A program made the position numbers and the translations under genes. A stretch of 64,000 nucleotides of DNA from positions 4,216,001 through 4,280,000 of the forward strand of contig CATNEN010000005.1 in NCBI GenBank assembly GCA_950097015.1, read 5' to 3'. This stretch comes from Macrostomum hystrix. Taxonomy: Eukaryota; Animalia; Platyhelminthes. Shown one piece after another: positions 1-13,160 of this stretch (its first letter is position 1; every line of letters begins with the position of its first letter). The notes beneath the pieces are model-generated. The model had not been told where the DNA came from and ran no database searches. It saw nothing but the letters and a program-made list of their open reading frames with translations.

Positions 1-501
1 GAAAGTGCTTAGCTATATAATTTTACATAGACATAGTATCATTGTATTAGTGCATTTTTTGTTAATTTCGAATAAAAAATATTGTGCATGATTTCGCTTT
101 AAAGTTTTATTTCCTAAGATTTATTTAGTGTGCTGTGTTTTATCAAAGCTATAGAGTACATTTCCTAAAAAGTTTATAACATTGTACTTCTGTGCAAATT
201 TGAGATTAGTGCATCAACATGTGAGCATTTGTGCTATTATTATTTCTTGTGAGCCAGGCCCTCAAGAAAATGAAATTTTGGAGGCAGTGGAGCATCAGCC
301 CACTTATCCTAGGCCACCCCTTAGCGGCAACAATGCCAGGATCAGCAACAGCGCTATAGCGCCAGTAATGGAATCAGTGTCAGCAGCAGCCTTGGCAGCA
401 GCAGCAGCACTAGCAGTATTGGCAAGAGAAGCAACACTAGCAGAGCCCATAGTGGCCATTTAAATGCAAAAGAAAAACACCCTTGCCTAGAAGACATGGT
501 A

Positions 502-889
502 GGCGATCATGAACTTTCCCGCGTTTAATTATTTTTTTATCTTGTTCGTAACCTTTAAGTGCGGGGTGATGAAAATTAGTATTATAAAAGTTCAGGGGCA
601 TAAAAACACTAGGTACCACGATTATTAGTTAATAAAGAGTCACAGTCAGCAGGGGTAGTAGTGGCAGATCCAGAATAGGATGTGTCCGAACTGATTCGGG
701 AACGTCCAGCGCCACATAAATTCCTGGAGATATGTATGGACCTGGAGGTGCCGTGCATCGCTCGGAACTTCGCCTTGCAGTTCCCCCACATGCCCTCGAT
801 GGTGCTTGTGTTTGTTTTGGTCTTCCGGCCATGTCTTCAATGTAGAACAAGACAAAAAATTATTAAACGCGGGAAAGTTCATGATCGCC
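502..889 (-). mobile_element. Non-autonomous Merlin (IS1016/ISXO2-like) DNA transposon with transposase C-terminal remnant
   Basis: ~50-bp inverted repeats starting GGCGATCATGAACTTTCCCGCG (from 502 and ending 889). Perfect 9-bp flanking duplication GACATGGTA (493-501, 890-898). Minus-strand frames give TIEGMWGNCKAKFRAMHGT and YLQEFMWR...ILFWICHYYP, typical of the ISXO2/Merlin transposase C-terminus. Confidence 0.85.
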
Positions 890-1543
890 GACATGGTAGT
901 CCAGAGCTCTGGTCAGTGCCCATGTAGGCCAAGTTTGGAGCAGAGGGCAAGGCAATGCCTTCAAGATCAAGCAGCAGCCATGGCTCCCCGTCATACATGC
1001 GCAACACCCGGCCGACCTGGCCGAACCGGCCGGGTGAAACGAGGGCCAACCCGGCCAAGCAAGGTAAGTCGCATTCCCTTATCTATTAAAACTCTAGAAA
1101 ATAGACAATAAAGGAGGCTCAGCAGCTAATTGAAGCAGTGATCTGAGAGTGATCTCATGGATGTTGAGTTCACAATATTAAAAATCTAGGAGTTTTTTTA
1201 GAAGAAATATTTTTCTTCAATATATAAATATTTATAAAAGCATATGTTTACCATTTGAGGAGACATAGACAAATAAAACTGCTAAAGTTAAAAAATTAAA
1301 ATAACTATCACGTAAAGTAGTTTTTCTCAAGTGCAAACATTTAAGTAAGCCCAGTCAATTGCAGAAAAAAATACTTAGAGTCAAGGTTCGCAGGCACGAT
1401 AATTAGAATGGCTAGTGCCTAGACAAATTAGATAGATTAAGGATCTGTGAGGACCAATAGTGGGAGAACTGGGAATCAGGTGATAGGAAGTGGATTAAGA
1501 GACGACAAGAAACACTATGGGTGCGTTGATTGAATAGAAAACT

Positions 1544-1605
1544 TGAATAGAATAGAATAGAATAGAATAGTATAGAATAGAATAAAACTTGAATTGAATA
1601 GAAAA
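1544..1605. repeat. (AATAG)n microsatellite
   Basis: Direct reading of tandem AATAG units. Confidence 0.85.
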
Positions 1606-3615
1606 GATTGAATAGAAAACATAAAATTACAATTATGGTTAGTAAAATAAAAATCTGAACTGCTTTAAATTTTATTATTTTCTAACATGAATTACAGCGC
1701 TACCGCTTACTTTGCTATGCATTGAAATGGAAAATAAAATTTTGTTATGATAATCATTGAGCCGTATAAATAACGCGCACGCGCGCGTTACATACAAGGA
1801 CCACTAGAAGATCTTCCAGTGGTCCTTTTTTACATACTGATTTCTATACCGTCCGGTGCGAATAGAGTGCCTTTATGTGTGTATAGCACACCCACCCTGC
1901 TTGAGTGCAACGGCGGTAATGTAATTGTGTCTGAATATTTCTTTATAGGCCTAGCGATTTTCTTTCTGTATTCGTAGCTAAAAGTTATTAACAATGCATT
2001 GTTAATAGGCCTATCCCTATTTATATATAGGGATAGGCCTACACACATATATAGGGATATATGTGTCATGTATATCTAGGGATGTCATGTATATATAGGG
2101 ATATATGTGTGTAAGAAATATGTAACATTTTGTGTTGGTTTACAATGCTATGGTAATATTTTTAAAAAGTTGACTTCATTTCCATTCAAGCCGTCAATGC
2201 TTTCAATTGGCAAATTCGACCAATTTATTTGTTGTCTGAGTAAAATGAATAGAGGTTAGGGCAAACAGAAGAAACAGGAATCCTCCTGTTGAAGACGCGC
2301 CTCCACCTCCACGCTGCCAATCCTATATCTGTCAATATAAACTATTCAGTAACAATAAATTCAGACATGCATATGTGAATATGAAGGTCAAAATTGCTAT
2401 GGAGGTACAAAACATCATTAAATTTAATTAGGGTAATGTATCATCAACCAAACAAGAATGTGTATTTTTTTAACTTCAAACCTAAGCTACAGATTTTCTA
2501 TTTAAGATATGATGATAAATCAAAAGCCAAGTTATAGAAAACATTTACATCTTTCTAAAAAGTATCTGCTTTTGCTATTTTGTCAAATAGAAAAAAAGTT
2601 ATTCCTGCTTTTTATCTAAAACTGAACAATGATTTTCATGTATCTTCAAACCAAACAGAGAATTTGATGTTTGGTTGTACAATTTGAGTGAGTGGTTTAA
2701 TCTTATTTTAAGGAGTGAACTATCATGAATTATGTCATTTGAAAGCATTTTTCATGCTCTATAAATAACTACATTTATGGTCATTTAATTGGCAAGCAAC
2801 CACATACAATCTTCGTCTAAAGTACATACTGAAAAAATGTTGTTAAAAAGTATGCTTTTGCAATAAAAATTTCTACTGAAACATCAATATCTTTCTTTCC
2901 TCTTAATGCTTCATTGCATATCATGCCTCAGCTTGTAGATAATTTCTTCAACTTTCAAATTAGTTGTTCTGTGAAACACAATAGCTTTTTTCTATCTTGC
3001 ACAAGACCAAGGAAGGAGTCAAAATTCTTGTTCGGTTTTGAAGATACATTGTTCGGTTGATGATACATTACCCTATTCAAATGGGTGCCTGGAGTTTAAA
3101 GCTTCTTTATGAAAAAATAGCGCAAAAATGGGGGAATATTTTTCATATTTTTGCCCCATTAGCCATCTGCATTTTTTGCTACATGGTCACAGAATTTGCG
3201 TATTCGCGCCATTTTTGCGTAGGCTCGAATTCGCGCCACTGCCACGACCACTGCCAGGCACAAACATAAATAAAATTGTCAAATCATAACAAAACTGAAT
3301 ATCCTTATGAAGTAATGCTAGGCAAGCCTAAGCCTAAGGTTAAAAAGTATAAAATTTAAAAGCTAAAGTTTTTTCCTTTCAAAATAACATGAACCAATAA
3401 ACTAATATAAAAATTTATGTCATATAGTATTTTCATTTAAAATATTGCTTGTCTCATTTATACTGTTTATTAAATTACATAACAAGTTACTTTCCAGGAC
3501 TTCAGGTGCTGCCGTGCAGGTGCTTGTTGCCCCTCATTTGCCTTTGAAGTAAATTTGAAATCATTACGATAATATACTGTAGAGACAAGAGTAAATGGCT
3601 GCTGACATGAATTCT

Positions 3616-5100
3616 TCAGGAAGTCTTCTTGGGCACTTTTGGGAGTTTGGCAAGTATATCCCGATCAGCCTGCCACTTCAACCTGATTGCTTCTTGGGCT
3701 GTACGTTGAACAACCTGGTCGATTGCCCACTGTTTGATGGCCAACTGCTCAGACTCAAACTGGCTGAGACGCACGACCACTTCTTGCTGTTCTCCATGTG
3801 CCTGTCACAGCTTTTCCATTGCCAGCTGGACTGCTCTCTCGGCTTCAATGCATTTCGCAGCTGCCAGTGCCTTTTTGCTGACCTCTTCCTTTTTCTGCAG
3901 GGCAAGGTGCTCCAATGCAGACTTGCGACTGGCGTCCTATAGAAAGAGTGCAAAAAATATTTTTTTATATTCTGTTCTCAACTACATGTATTTTAGGACA
4001 GTCATACTCGTAACTTCTATTGTATAGCCTATTTACTTACCTGTTCAGCTTCTTGGCAAATTCTTTCTTGTTCTGCCTCTGCTGCCTTGCAAATGGCCTC
4101 GTTTTCTTCTGCCTTCTTCTCATCCGCCATGTGCTGCTTGTACTCTGCGTTAGCCTTAAGAGCAGCATTGAATAAGGTTTCTGGAAGAGGCAGCAAGCCT
4201 CAGGCACGCAGGAAGCTGCATGCCAAAAGTGAATCATGAAGCCTGTCATCCGACAGTCTGTTCCGCTTTGGGTTAACGCTGATGTCATGGCCTTTTCCAA
4301 TGAATCGCTCGGCGTCTGCATTTCCATGGAACAATGCGCAGCACACAGAGGCCAGACGAGACAGAAGGGGGTACTGCCCAGAATCGAAAGCCTTCTTCCA
4401 GCCACCAGCGATGTCAGCATTGCCATCTGCCAAAAGAAGCTCACCACTACACGTTTGTAGGTTGAGCAGCCCAACTTCTGTCTGAAGGCTACCCAAATCT
4501 GCAACTGGAACTACTTGAGGTAGCTTTTTCGCAATAAATGCAACTGCCTGTTCATCGATCTCAATGGTGATGTCCAGAAACTTCAGGCAGCGGAGAATGC
4601 GATTATTGAGTGGGAGCTTCTTCTGCAAGTACTTTGCCAGCTCAAGATAGTAGTGCTTGAACCATATAAGCAATGGCCGCTGTCAATCCTGCAACTTGTC
4701 CTGCGATCCAATTGCAATTTTGTCAAATGGCAGGTGGAAGCTAGCATTGGTAAAGTCAATCTGCGTAATTGACTGCTCTGCATCAGTCAGGGCAGATGGC
4801 TGAATGAATTGAACAGCTACTGCACCAAGCAAGCTGAGCAGTTCACTGTGTAGCTTATGAACCAAGATGTTGCAGCTCTGCTGAAAACATTTTTCGAAGC
4901 AAATTGCAATCTTGAGTATGTGAATTGTGAATCTAACACACACTCGGGTGTTAGGGTCTTGAAAGGCCCTGCAACACTGCAACACTGTTGCTTGTTGAAG
5001 TTCTTGTCCTTTTGCCATTGTTCTGACTTTAGCTCAGGGGCAGGGCCAGCCATAGAGCTAGCAGTCACAGAAATATACTCAGCTTCACTGTCACTGATCA
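3616..5100 (-). pseudogene. Decayed hAT-superfamily transposase with a spliced coiled-coil C-terminal extension
   Basis: One frame from ~5018 to 4041 with internal TGA stops. It carries the hAT dimerisation-like motif YPLLSRLASVCCALFHGNADAERF...PKRNRLSDDRL. A GT-AG intron (4040-3937) leads to a charged helical exon ending TGA at 3616-3618. Confidence 0.75.
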
Positions 5101-7646
5101 TTGATCGTGATCTAAGATTTATATTAGGAATACTGGAATAGTCAGACAGTGAGACAGGTACAGGTAGATATTCAGATCAAATTAAATAGAACTTTTATAG
5201 ATACGTCAGTATGCAATGTACTAATAAATAAACAAAAATGTTGACTTTTTAAAAAAAAAGTTGAAAATCTTCCTAGAAAAAAGAGAATAAAAACATGAAA
5301 AATAAAGAATTTAACAAAGAAATAAGTAACTTTTGTCATTTAACTTTAACTTACAGAAAAAATAAACAATTTTTGTTAACTAGTTAATACATAAAAAGAT
5401 TTAACCAAATTTTCAGATTTATAAAAAAATTAACTAGTTAATTAACTAGTTAATGCCCAGCACTAGGGCCGGGCAGCCACTCAATGCCAGCAAAAGGGGA
5501 CACCTAAGCTACCTTGCAGGTGGGGCTACTGACAGCTAGTGAGACACCAATAGGCCCCTAAGCAGTCGCTCAGTACACAATATTTTAATTAAAATAAAAT
5601 GGAGTGGGATATAATTTTGATTTAAAGATTGCTTTGGAATAAGCATTTGTTGCATGTAATTGCTTTGACAATAAGTGACATAGCAACAATCTTGGTATGT
5701 CCAAATATTCTTGGTCTTCAGTTTAGTTGCTACCACCAGCTTGAAGGCTATTTCCTGACCAGGTTGTTCATCCTCAGATTAATCATTTCTTTCAGTCATT
5801 TCAATGTCTTCTATCCCATGAGTATGTCACTTGAAACTAAAAGATAAATTTTCATCAAATTCTTAGCTTCTATTTGGAACTTTTATGTTGGCCTAGAACA
5901 TTTACCAATGTAAAGTATTAACTATAAATAGTTGATAGTCAAAGTAAAAAAAACAATGTATAGTAAAAAATGAGTAGCAAATCATTTCAATGCAATCAAG
6001 GTCAACAACTGACAGTGGTACATCATCAGGTAGATTCAGTAATGGTATGTCCAGCACCGACTGGGCTTTGGGCGGGATCTTCTAAGAAATTGATAAATTT
6101 CATTAGATCAGCATCCTCCAAGTGGTCTGTTGAACTCAGTATTGAAAGGAAATCCATTTTGTTAGCAGATATTCAGTTAAGAGAATCAGTTGGTAAGTTT
6201 TTCCAATTTATTAGAGGCATTCTTGGAATCAGTCAAAATAGTTATACCCAAATCCTTTGCTTTCTACTCCTTTAGAACAGTTGTAGCCATGACATATGCA
6301 ATCTGTGCAGTCTAAAACTTTCTGTTTTGATGAGGCATTGTTAAACAGTCAGCGTTAAATTGTCAGTGTTAAACAAGGCTTCAGCATTAAATAATGCTTC
6401 AAATCAACTATGCCAAACAACATTTACAATAAGCTTATTAATATGGTACAAGAGGTAATACTACTCGTAGCCCTTGCTTATTGTTTACCAGGTCAGACTT
6501 CTTTAGCCCCTGATTGTTTCTCTACCACAGAAATATAAGTGGTACATGACCAAAAAAATTTGCCTTAAAGCTTTTGTAGATCACTTTTGTCAAAGTACTT
6601 GCTTAGCTTCTCCATCTCAGTAGCAGTAATGGCCACACATCCAGAGCTCTCACCAATTGTGTGCTTGCGCTGCCCATAGGTCAAAGTGGCAAGCCATTAT
6701 CTGTTTGATTGCTTAGGCAAAATGCATCTTCCCAAATCACTCTTGATCCTCAATCTTCCTCAAGGTAATGCTGAATACTTGCCCATAAACAGAGAAAAGT
6801 GGCTAGGGCATTGTGGCACTCTCTTTCTTGGTCAACAATCTTGCAATTTATCTACCAGTCTCAGGTAACGACAGACAAGAATTTATCCAAGACCTCAGTA
6901 TCCTCCAGTGAAATAGTGGTGTATTGGTTTATCACACAAGTTACATCAGGGCTCATAAACAGCCAAGCACTAAACTCGTACTCTTGTAGTTCAAGTCTGG
7001 AGATATCACCAGTTGCAATTCTTGACAAAAATTTTTTTAAAGCAAACAGAGTGACAAAAACAAATTTAAACTCATAACTGAAAGAATTCTGATATCCACT
7101 ACTTAACTGTAGTCAGGCTACTGTTGATTTTATCTATTGTTAGAAAGCCCCCACACCCCCATTTTTCACTTAGCCACACTGCAGGTCAAAATATTGATTT
7201 GGCCCTAATATAATAAAGTGGTGTAATAAAGATGGTATGTAAAAAACTGCAGACTATACTTTGCCCAAAGGTTCTCTATTCTATATATTTTAGTTTATAT
7301 ATTCTACTTGTAGATTCTAGTGAATATATAATCTTTGAGCTCTAGGACTGCATCTAGAAGCAGGCCAAAATGAAATGATGCTGCCAGCAACATATGAGAC
7401 AATAGAGGCATCTCTATGGTTCCTCAGAGCTGCAAAGCATAGAGAAGTGTCAGCCCTTGAAAGTTGAAACCATTAGTTCTTCTAGTCTTAAAGCAAAAAA
7501 TAGTTTAAGAAATTATGTATTTATGTATAAAAAATAAATACATAAATAGTAAACTTATTATTATGCAGAAACATGCTACAAGCATGAACTTTTACCCACT
7601 TTATTCTACTGTAAAATTTTTCTATAAAAACCCTAATATTCTTCAG

Positions 7647-10600
7647 GCTGAAGTAGACACAACCAACAATGCCAACGCCGCTGCTGCGCAGACCTGCGGC
7701 AGTAGCAACCGGCTGCAACGTCAGGATGCATTCGATTCTGTTACTGCACCAGTGGATGTTGGTGATAGCGGTGGCGCAAATTGGAGACAGGCACTATTCG
7801 CTAAAGCTCGCGATGCCTGGTATAGCGCTTTGGGTGTATCTAATAATGAAGCTACTGACGATATGTAAGTATAGCTTGTGGCATTTCCACTCAGGCATTG
7901 AACTTGATTTTAAGCTGAAGCTATAGCTAGAACTAGTACAGCCAGTAGCACAGCCACAGCTGCTGCAGGGTACTTCCAGGCGCTGCTTGGCGCAACGGTA
8001 TAGTACACAGACATGTTTTTTATCGCCAGGAAGTATAACATCGCTGTAATTAAACAGTAGAAGACCCGCCATGTTTCTTCTGGGGAAAGACTACGGGTGT
8101 ATTTTAGATACTCACTGCCTACTACACGATATCTCCAAAATCGAATGACCGATTTTCGTCAAGTCCTAAATTTTCTGTACTTTATTATGATAAACTTTCA
8201 AAGCTGTCCACAGGCAAATTAATGTGACCTCGCAGCGGAATCGAGTTTATGTACCTTGGTGCTCTTTGTGTTGAATGATTTATAAAATTAATTAAAAATG
8301 GGTGATATGTATTTAGTCTTTGTACTGAATTCACAAATCTTGGGGAAACACTAGAAGTGTTGCTACGAATCATGAAAAGTAAATAATTTCGTTCACTTAA
8401 TTCCCAGATGGAACGAACGTCGTCTAGGCTTAATTAAACGCTACGGCAATATAACAGACGGTGCTGATGAGCAGGCGGAACCTGGTAGTCAGGAACGCCA
8501 ACCTCAATGGCATCCATTGTCTCGCCAAGTGTCTCAACAGCGCAGCACTCGCCGAGCTAGCCGATCTCGCAATCCTGCTCTGACCAGTGCCTACAATGGC
8601 GGTCGGACCTTAGCGGGAACCTTGGTGCGGCTAGCCAGCGGTTCGCGATCTATGAAGTCGCGTCATCAGCAACAGCGTGAGCCGTCTGAAACAATGGACG
8701 CTCTACAGATGTACACATTGACCGGAGATAAAACTGAGGAAGGGGTTGATGGAATTAGCCACGCTGCTGCTAGCGGTAGCGACGGCGTCTGGGTTCAGCG
8801 CACCCCAACTGTACAAATTGCAGCTGCTAGTCTGCCAACAACGCCGCAGCCGCAGCCTTCTTGCAGTCACGAAGAAGACGCTCAACGTGATGAGGCTCAG
8901 GTAGGCGGAATCTTTTAAGTAACTAAGTAGGCTCCAATTTTTTATTTTAAATGTGTTTAAACATTTTTGTATTCTAACTCATATCTATAACTTAGTTGAC
9001 TTCATTTTCCGATAAATATATAAGTTGATAATATATCAATTATAAGTCAGCATAAAAAAGCCCACTCGTTTCCCAATATTTTTAACTGTCCCTAGCTTAT
9101 TTTGGGATACAAAATATGGTCCCTAAATGGTTACAAAGCATGTTCACACAGTGAGAAGGTACACGGTCACACGTGTGCGTGGCGCCATCCAAAATCATTA
9201 TTGACCTGACCTCATTATAGAACATCATAACAATGAATCTTTCAGCCTGAAGCCCTCGCCGCAGCCAAGTCGCCTTGCCGCAATAAACAGAAAGCTAAAC
9301 TAGCGACAGACGAATACAGGGCCTACTTTAGCTGGTGGGTGAGCATAGTACAGTGCCTTGTCATGCTGGGCCTACTATTCACTAGCGAGCTAGCCACACC
9401 AGGCTTGAATGTTCAGGCTACTCGCAGCGCCAGCCTACCAAATCGTTACATGCTGATGTCCACAGTGTGTTCAATAGATTATCAGAATCTGTTTATCGGT
9501 CCCAGACTGCCTGATCTGATACGCGCCGGTGCTAAATATGCTCCGTGCATGCGACCTCTACCGCAGCTGCAGCTAGCCGTTCTCAAACCTCAGTTAGCCG
9601 CCGAGAATGCTAGCGGTTGCTGCGTGTTAAACGATGGCTCAGCTTGCTTTCAAAGTACTAAACAGTTGTGCCCAACTGCCGGCGCTATTTGGCTTCGGTG
9701 GACAGCTGAATCGCCCGGACCCGACGGACGGACGAGCGGACCAGTCTGCGGACAGGTATTAGAATACTAATTAAATTTAATTATTGTTGCATAACTTTTA
9801 TTGACAACTCTTGTCATTGTACCATTATTTCTCTAGGATCCTCGCTCCTGCTTAGATCCGCTCTCGGTGGCACCCAGCCAGTGGCCAGATGATGTTACTC
9901 GTTGGCCGGCCTGTCGACGTTCACAGCCTTCGCTAGCTATCGGTGGCTTGTCTGCGTTCAGATCTTCTAGTCAAGCTCATGTCACCTGTCCCATCAGCGC
10001 TGCGCCTTGCTGCGTTGGAGTTAAAGGTAAATTGACACCAGTCAGTCATTCTTCAGGTTCAGATGACACCAGTCAGTCATTCTTCAGGTTCAGATGACAC
10101 CAGTCAGTCATTCTTCAGGTTCAGATGACACCAGTCAGTCATTCTTCAGGTTCAGATGACACCAGTCAGTCATTCTTCAGGTTCAGATGACACCAGTCAG
10201 TCATTCTTCAGGTTCAGATGACACCAGTCAGTCATTCTTCAGGTTCAGATGACACCAGTCAGTCATTCTTCAGGTTCAGATGACACCAGTCAGTCATTCT
10301 TCAGGTTCAGATGACACCAGTCAGTCATTCTTCAGGTTCAGATGACACCAGTCAGTCATTCTTCAGGTTCAGATGACACCAGTCAGTCATTCTTCAGGTT
10401 CAGATGACACCAGTCAGTCATTCTTCAGGTTCAGATGACACCAGTCAGTCATTCTTCAGGTTCAGATGACACCAGTCAGTCATTCTTCAGGTTCAGATGA
10501 CACCAGTCAGTCATTCTTCAGGTTCAGATGACACCAGTCAGTCATTCTTCAGGTTCAGATGACACCAGTCAGTCATTCTTCAGGTTCAGATGACACCAGT

Positions 10601-12590
10601 CAGTCATTCTTCAGGTTCAGTTGACACCAGTCAGTCATTCTTCAGGTTCAGTAGACACCAGTCAGTCATTCTTCAGGTTCAGTTGACACCAGTCAGTCAT
10701 TCTTCAGGTTCAGATGACACCAGTCAGTCATTCTTCAGGTTCAGATGACACCAGTCAGTCATTCTTCAGGTTCAGATGACACCAGTCAGTCATTCTTCAG
10801 GTTCAGATGACACCAGTCAGTCATTCTTCAGGTTCAGATGACACCAGTCAGTCATTCTTCAGGTTCAGATGACACCAGTCAGTCATTCTTCAGGTTCAGA
10901 TGACACCAGTCAGTCATTCCTCAGGTTCAGATGACACCAGTCAGTCATTCTTCAGGTTCAGATGACACCAGTCAGTCATTCTTCAGGTTCAGATGACACC
11001 AGTCAGTCATTCTTCAGGTTCAGATGACACCAGTCAGTCATTCTTCAGGTTCAGATGACACCAGTCAGTCATTCTTCAGGTTCAGATGACACCAGTCAGT
11101 CATTCTTCAGGTTCAGATGACACCAGTCAGTCATTCTTCAGGTTCAGATGACACCAGTCAGTCATTCTTCAGGTTCAGATGACACCAGTCAGTCATTCTT
11201 CAGGTTCAGATGACACCAGTCAGTCATTCTTCAGGTTCAGATGACACCAGTCAGTCATTCCTCAGGTTCAGATGACACCAGTCAGTCATTCTTTAGGTTC
11301 AGATGACACCAGTCAGTCATTCTTCAGGTTCAGTTGACACCAGTCAGTCATTCTTCAGGTTCAGTTGACACCAGTCAGTCATTCTTCAGGTCCAATTTAC
11401 ATCAGTGTCAGTGATTCTTTAGTACACCACAGTCATCAAGAAATTTGTTCGTGAAGCCTTTTACATTGTCTGCTTTCACCTGTACAATATATCGCAGGCG
11501 AATGTGTGCTCACCACAGCGCAGCGCTGTTCATTTCTTCGCGGTCGGTTTCACCCACAGTTGAAGCTGTGCTCACAGGCCGCCTGTCTCAGCGAAGCTTG
11601 CGGTTTGTTCGGCATTGCAGACCAAGCTGAGCCTAATCAATGGTATCGCCTATTTACTAGCTTATTTGTTCACTCGGGCCTACTTATGCTGGCGCTTAGT
11701 CTGCTAGTACAGCTGCGACTTATCACTCAGGTGAGGAATGGTGAAAAAGATGAGCTAAATACATTTACGCTAGACACGCTATTTCCGTTTGACTGGGATT
11801 CGGACCTGTGTAAGGCTGTTAACCACTTGGCTACAAGTCCCTATATTGAAATGAGTTGTCAAGTCCTGAGTTGTCGGGGCGTCATGAACCCTGAAGGATG
11901 CAGCTAGTAAAGATTGCTGAACAATGTTCATAGAGCATCGTCAAGAATCCGTAAGCATTTGTCCCACCGCCACAGATTGAGCATCTGTCCGGTTGGCATC
12001 GAACAGCCGCTCTTTATTTTGGCTCGGGCCTATTTGGCAACTTGGTGTCCGTCAATCTACTTCCATATTTGGTTAACGCGGGTCCTTCGGCTGCTCAATT
12101 AGGCGCTCTATGCCCATTCGGCTTCGAACTACTGCTATCGGCTAAGAAGTTTCAACTGTCTGAAATTGGCCCCTTTTTAGCCTTAATCGGCTGCTTCTGC
12201 GCTGTACTATTAGCCGGCTTGTTGCCATGGTTTGACATGGCCGCTAATCTTGGCGGTTTAATCAGCGGATGTCTCTTGACGCCTGTTCTATTGCCGCACA
12301 TCAAACTATTTGCAAGTACAACCGGTCGGGCTGCAATTTTCTGTTCCTGTTTAATCATCTGGTTGAGTCTGGTCATTGGCTTGGCTTTGGTGTTCTTTAA
12401 GCACACTGGTCCAGTACCACCGCTACTATGCCAGTGGTGTGCTCTAGCCAGCTGTGCTCCTCGACTGCTATCTGGCAGCGGAGATGTCTACAACGCTGCC
12501 GTTGATCGATTTGCGGACCTGTGCGGCGACGCGGATGTTAGAAACATGCAACCAACTGAATGTATTGGACGCTTAGCTGAAGGCTTTTGA
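7647..12590 (+). CDS. RHBDF: Inactive rhomboid protein (iRhom). Exons 7647-7864, 8408-8900, 9246-9755, 9837-10026, 11498-11730, 11976-12590. The 5' start exon was not located.
   Basis: Splice-consistent frame with RAYFSWWVSIVQ, NLFIGPRLPDLIRAGAKYAPCMR, the Cys-rich iRhom homology domain (GCCV..DGSACFQ, GPVCGQDPRSC, WPDDVTRWPAC, GRFHPQLKLCSQ), QWYRLFTSLFVHSG, and a GP motif (NAGPSAAQLG) in place of the catalytic GxS. Confidence 0.92.
8070..8170 (+). repeat. Dispersed ~100-bp repeat, also present inverted at ~28670-28770 and ~36700-36800
   Basis: GGGGAAAGACTACGGG...TACTCACTGC...CGAATGACCGATTTTCGT matches the reverse complement of the two downstream copies. Confidence 0.65.
10033..11390. repeat. 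31-bp minisatellite (GACACCAGTCAGTCATTCTTCAGGTTCAGAT), ~44 copies, in an iRhom intron
   Basis: Period 31 read directly; the units are nearly identical. Confidence 0.95.
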
Positions 12591-12714
12591 AAACTTTTTT
12601 CCTTGCCTTTGATGCCATCACCCAGTATAGCTGTTCCTGAGTTTTCCGCTCCCTAACATAGTCTTCTAGCTAACTATGTTATCCGCTCGGTCATACTTTA
12701 ACAGTTTCTTGGCA

Positions 12715-13160
12715 TTCTCAGTATTCCGCCCCACACATATTCTATGGCTTTGTCAGTATTCCGCCCCCACACATATTCTATGGCTTTCTCAGTATTCCGC
12801 CCCCACACATATTCTATGGCTTTCTCAATATTCCGCCCCCACACATATTCTATGGCTTTGTCAGTATTCCGCCCCCACACATATTCTATGGCTTTCTCAG
12901 TATTCCGCCCCCACACATATTCTATGGCTTTCTCAGTATTCCGCCCCCACACATATTCTATGGCTTTGTCAGTATTCCGCCCCCACACATATTCTATGGC
13001 TTTCTCAGTATTCCGCCCCCACACATATTCTATGGCTTTCTCAGTATTCCGCCCCCACACATATTCTATGGCTTTGTCAGTATTCCGCCCCCACACATAT
13101 TCTATGGCTTTCTCAGTATTCCGCCCCCACACACATTCTATGGCTTTCTCAGTATTTCGC
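12715..13160. repeat. 36-bp minisatellite, ~12 copies, with a 3-unit higher-order pattern
   Basis: Unit TCAGTATTCCGCCCCCACACATATTCTATGGCTTT(G/C); the G,C,C variant order recurs. Confidence 0.92.

Noticed and set aside
182-463. Ala-rich 93-aa ORF and its antisense Ala-rich frame
   Set aside because: Low-complexity GCA repeats with no recognisable domain; a different frame is better supported by the Merlin empty-site reconstruction.
3313-5465. Candidate hAT TIR pair TAATGCTAGGCA / TGCCCAGCACTA
   Set aside because: Only 10 of 12 bases match and there is no 8-bp TSD, so the element boundaries are unsupported.
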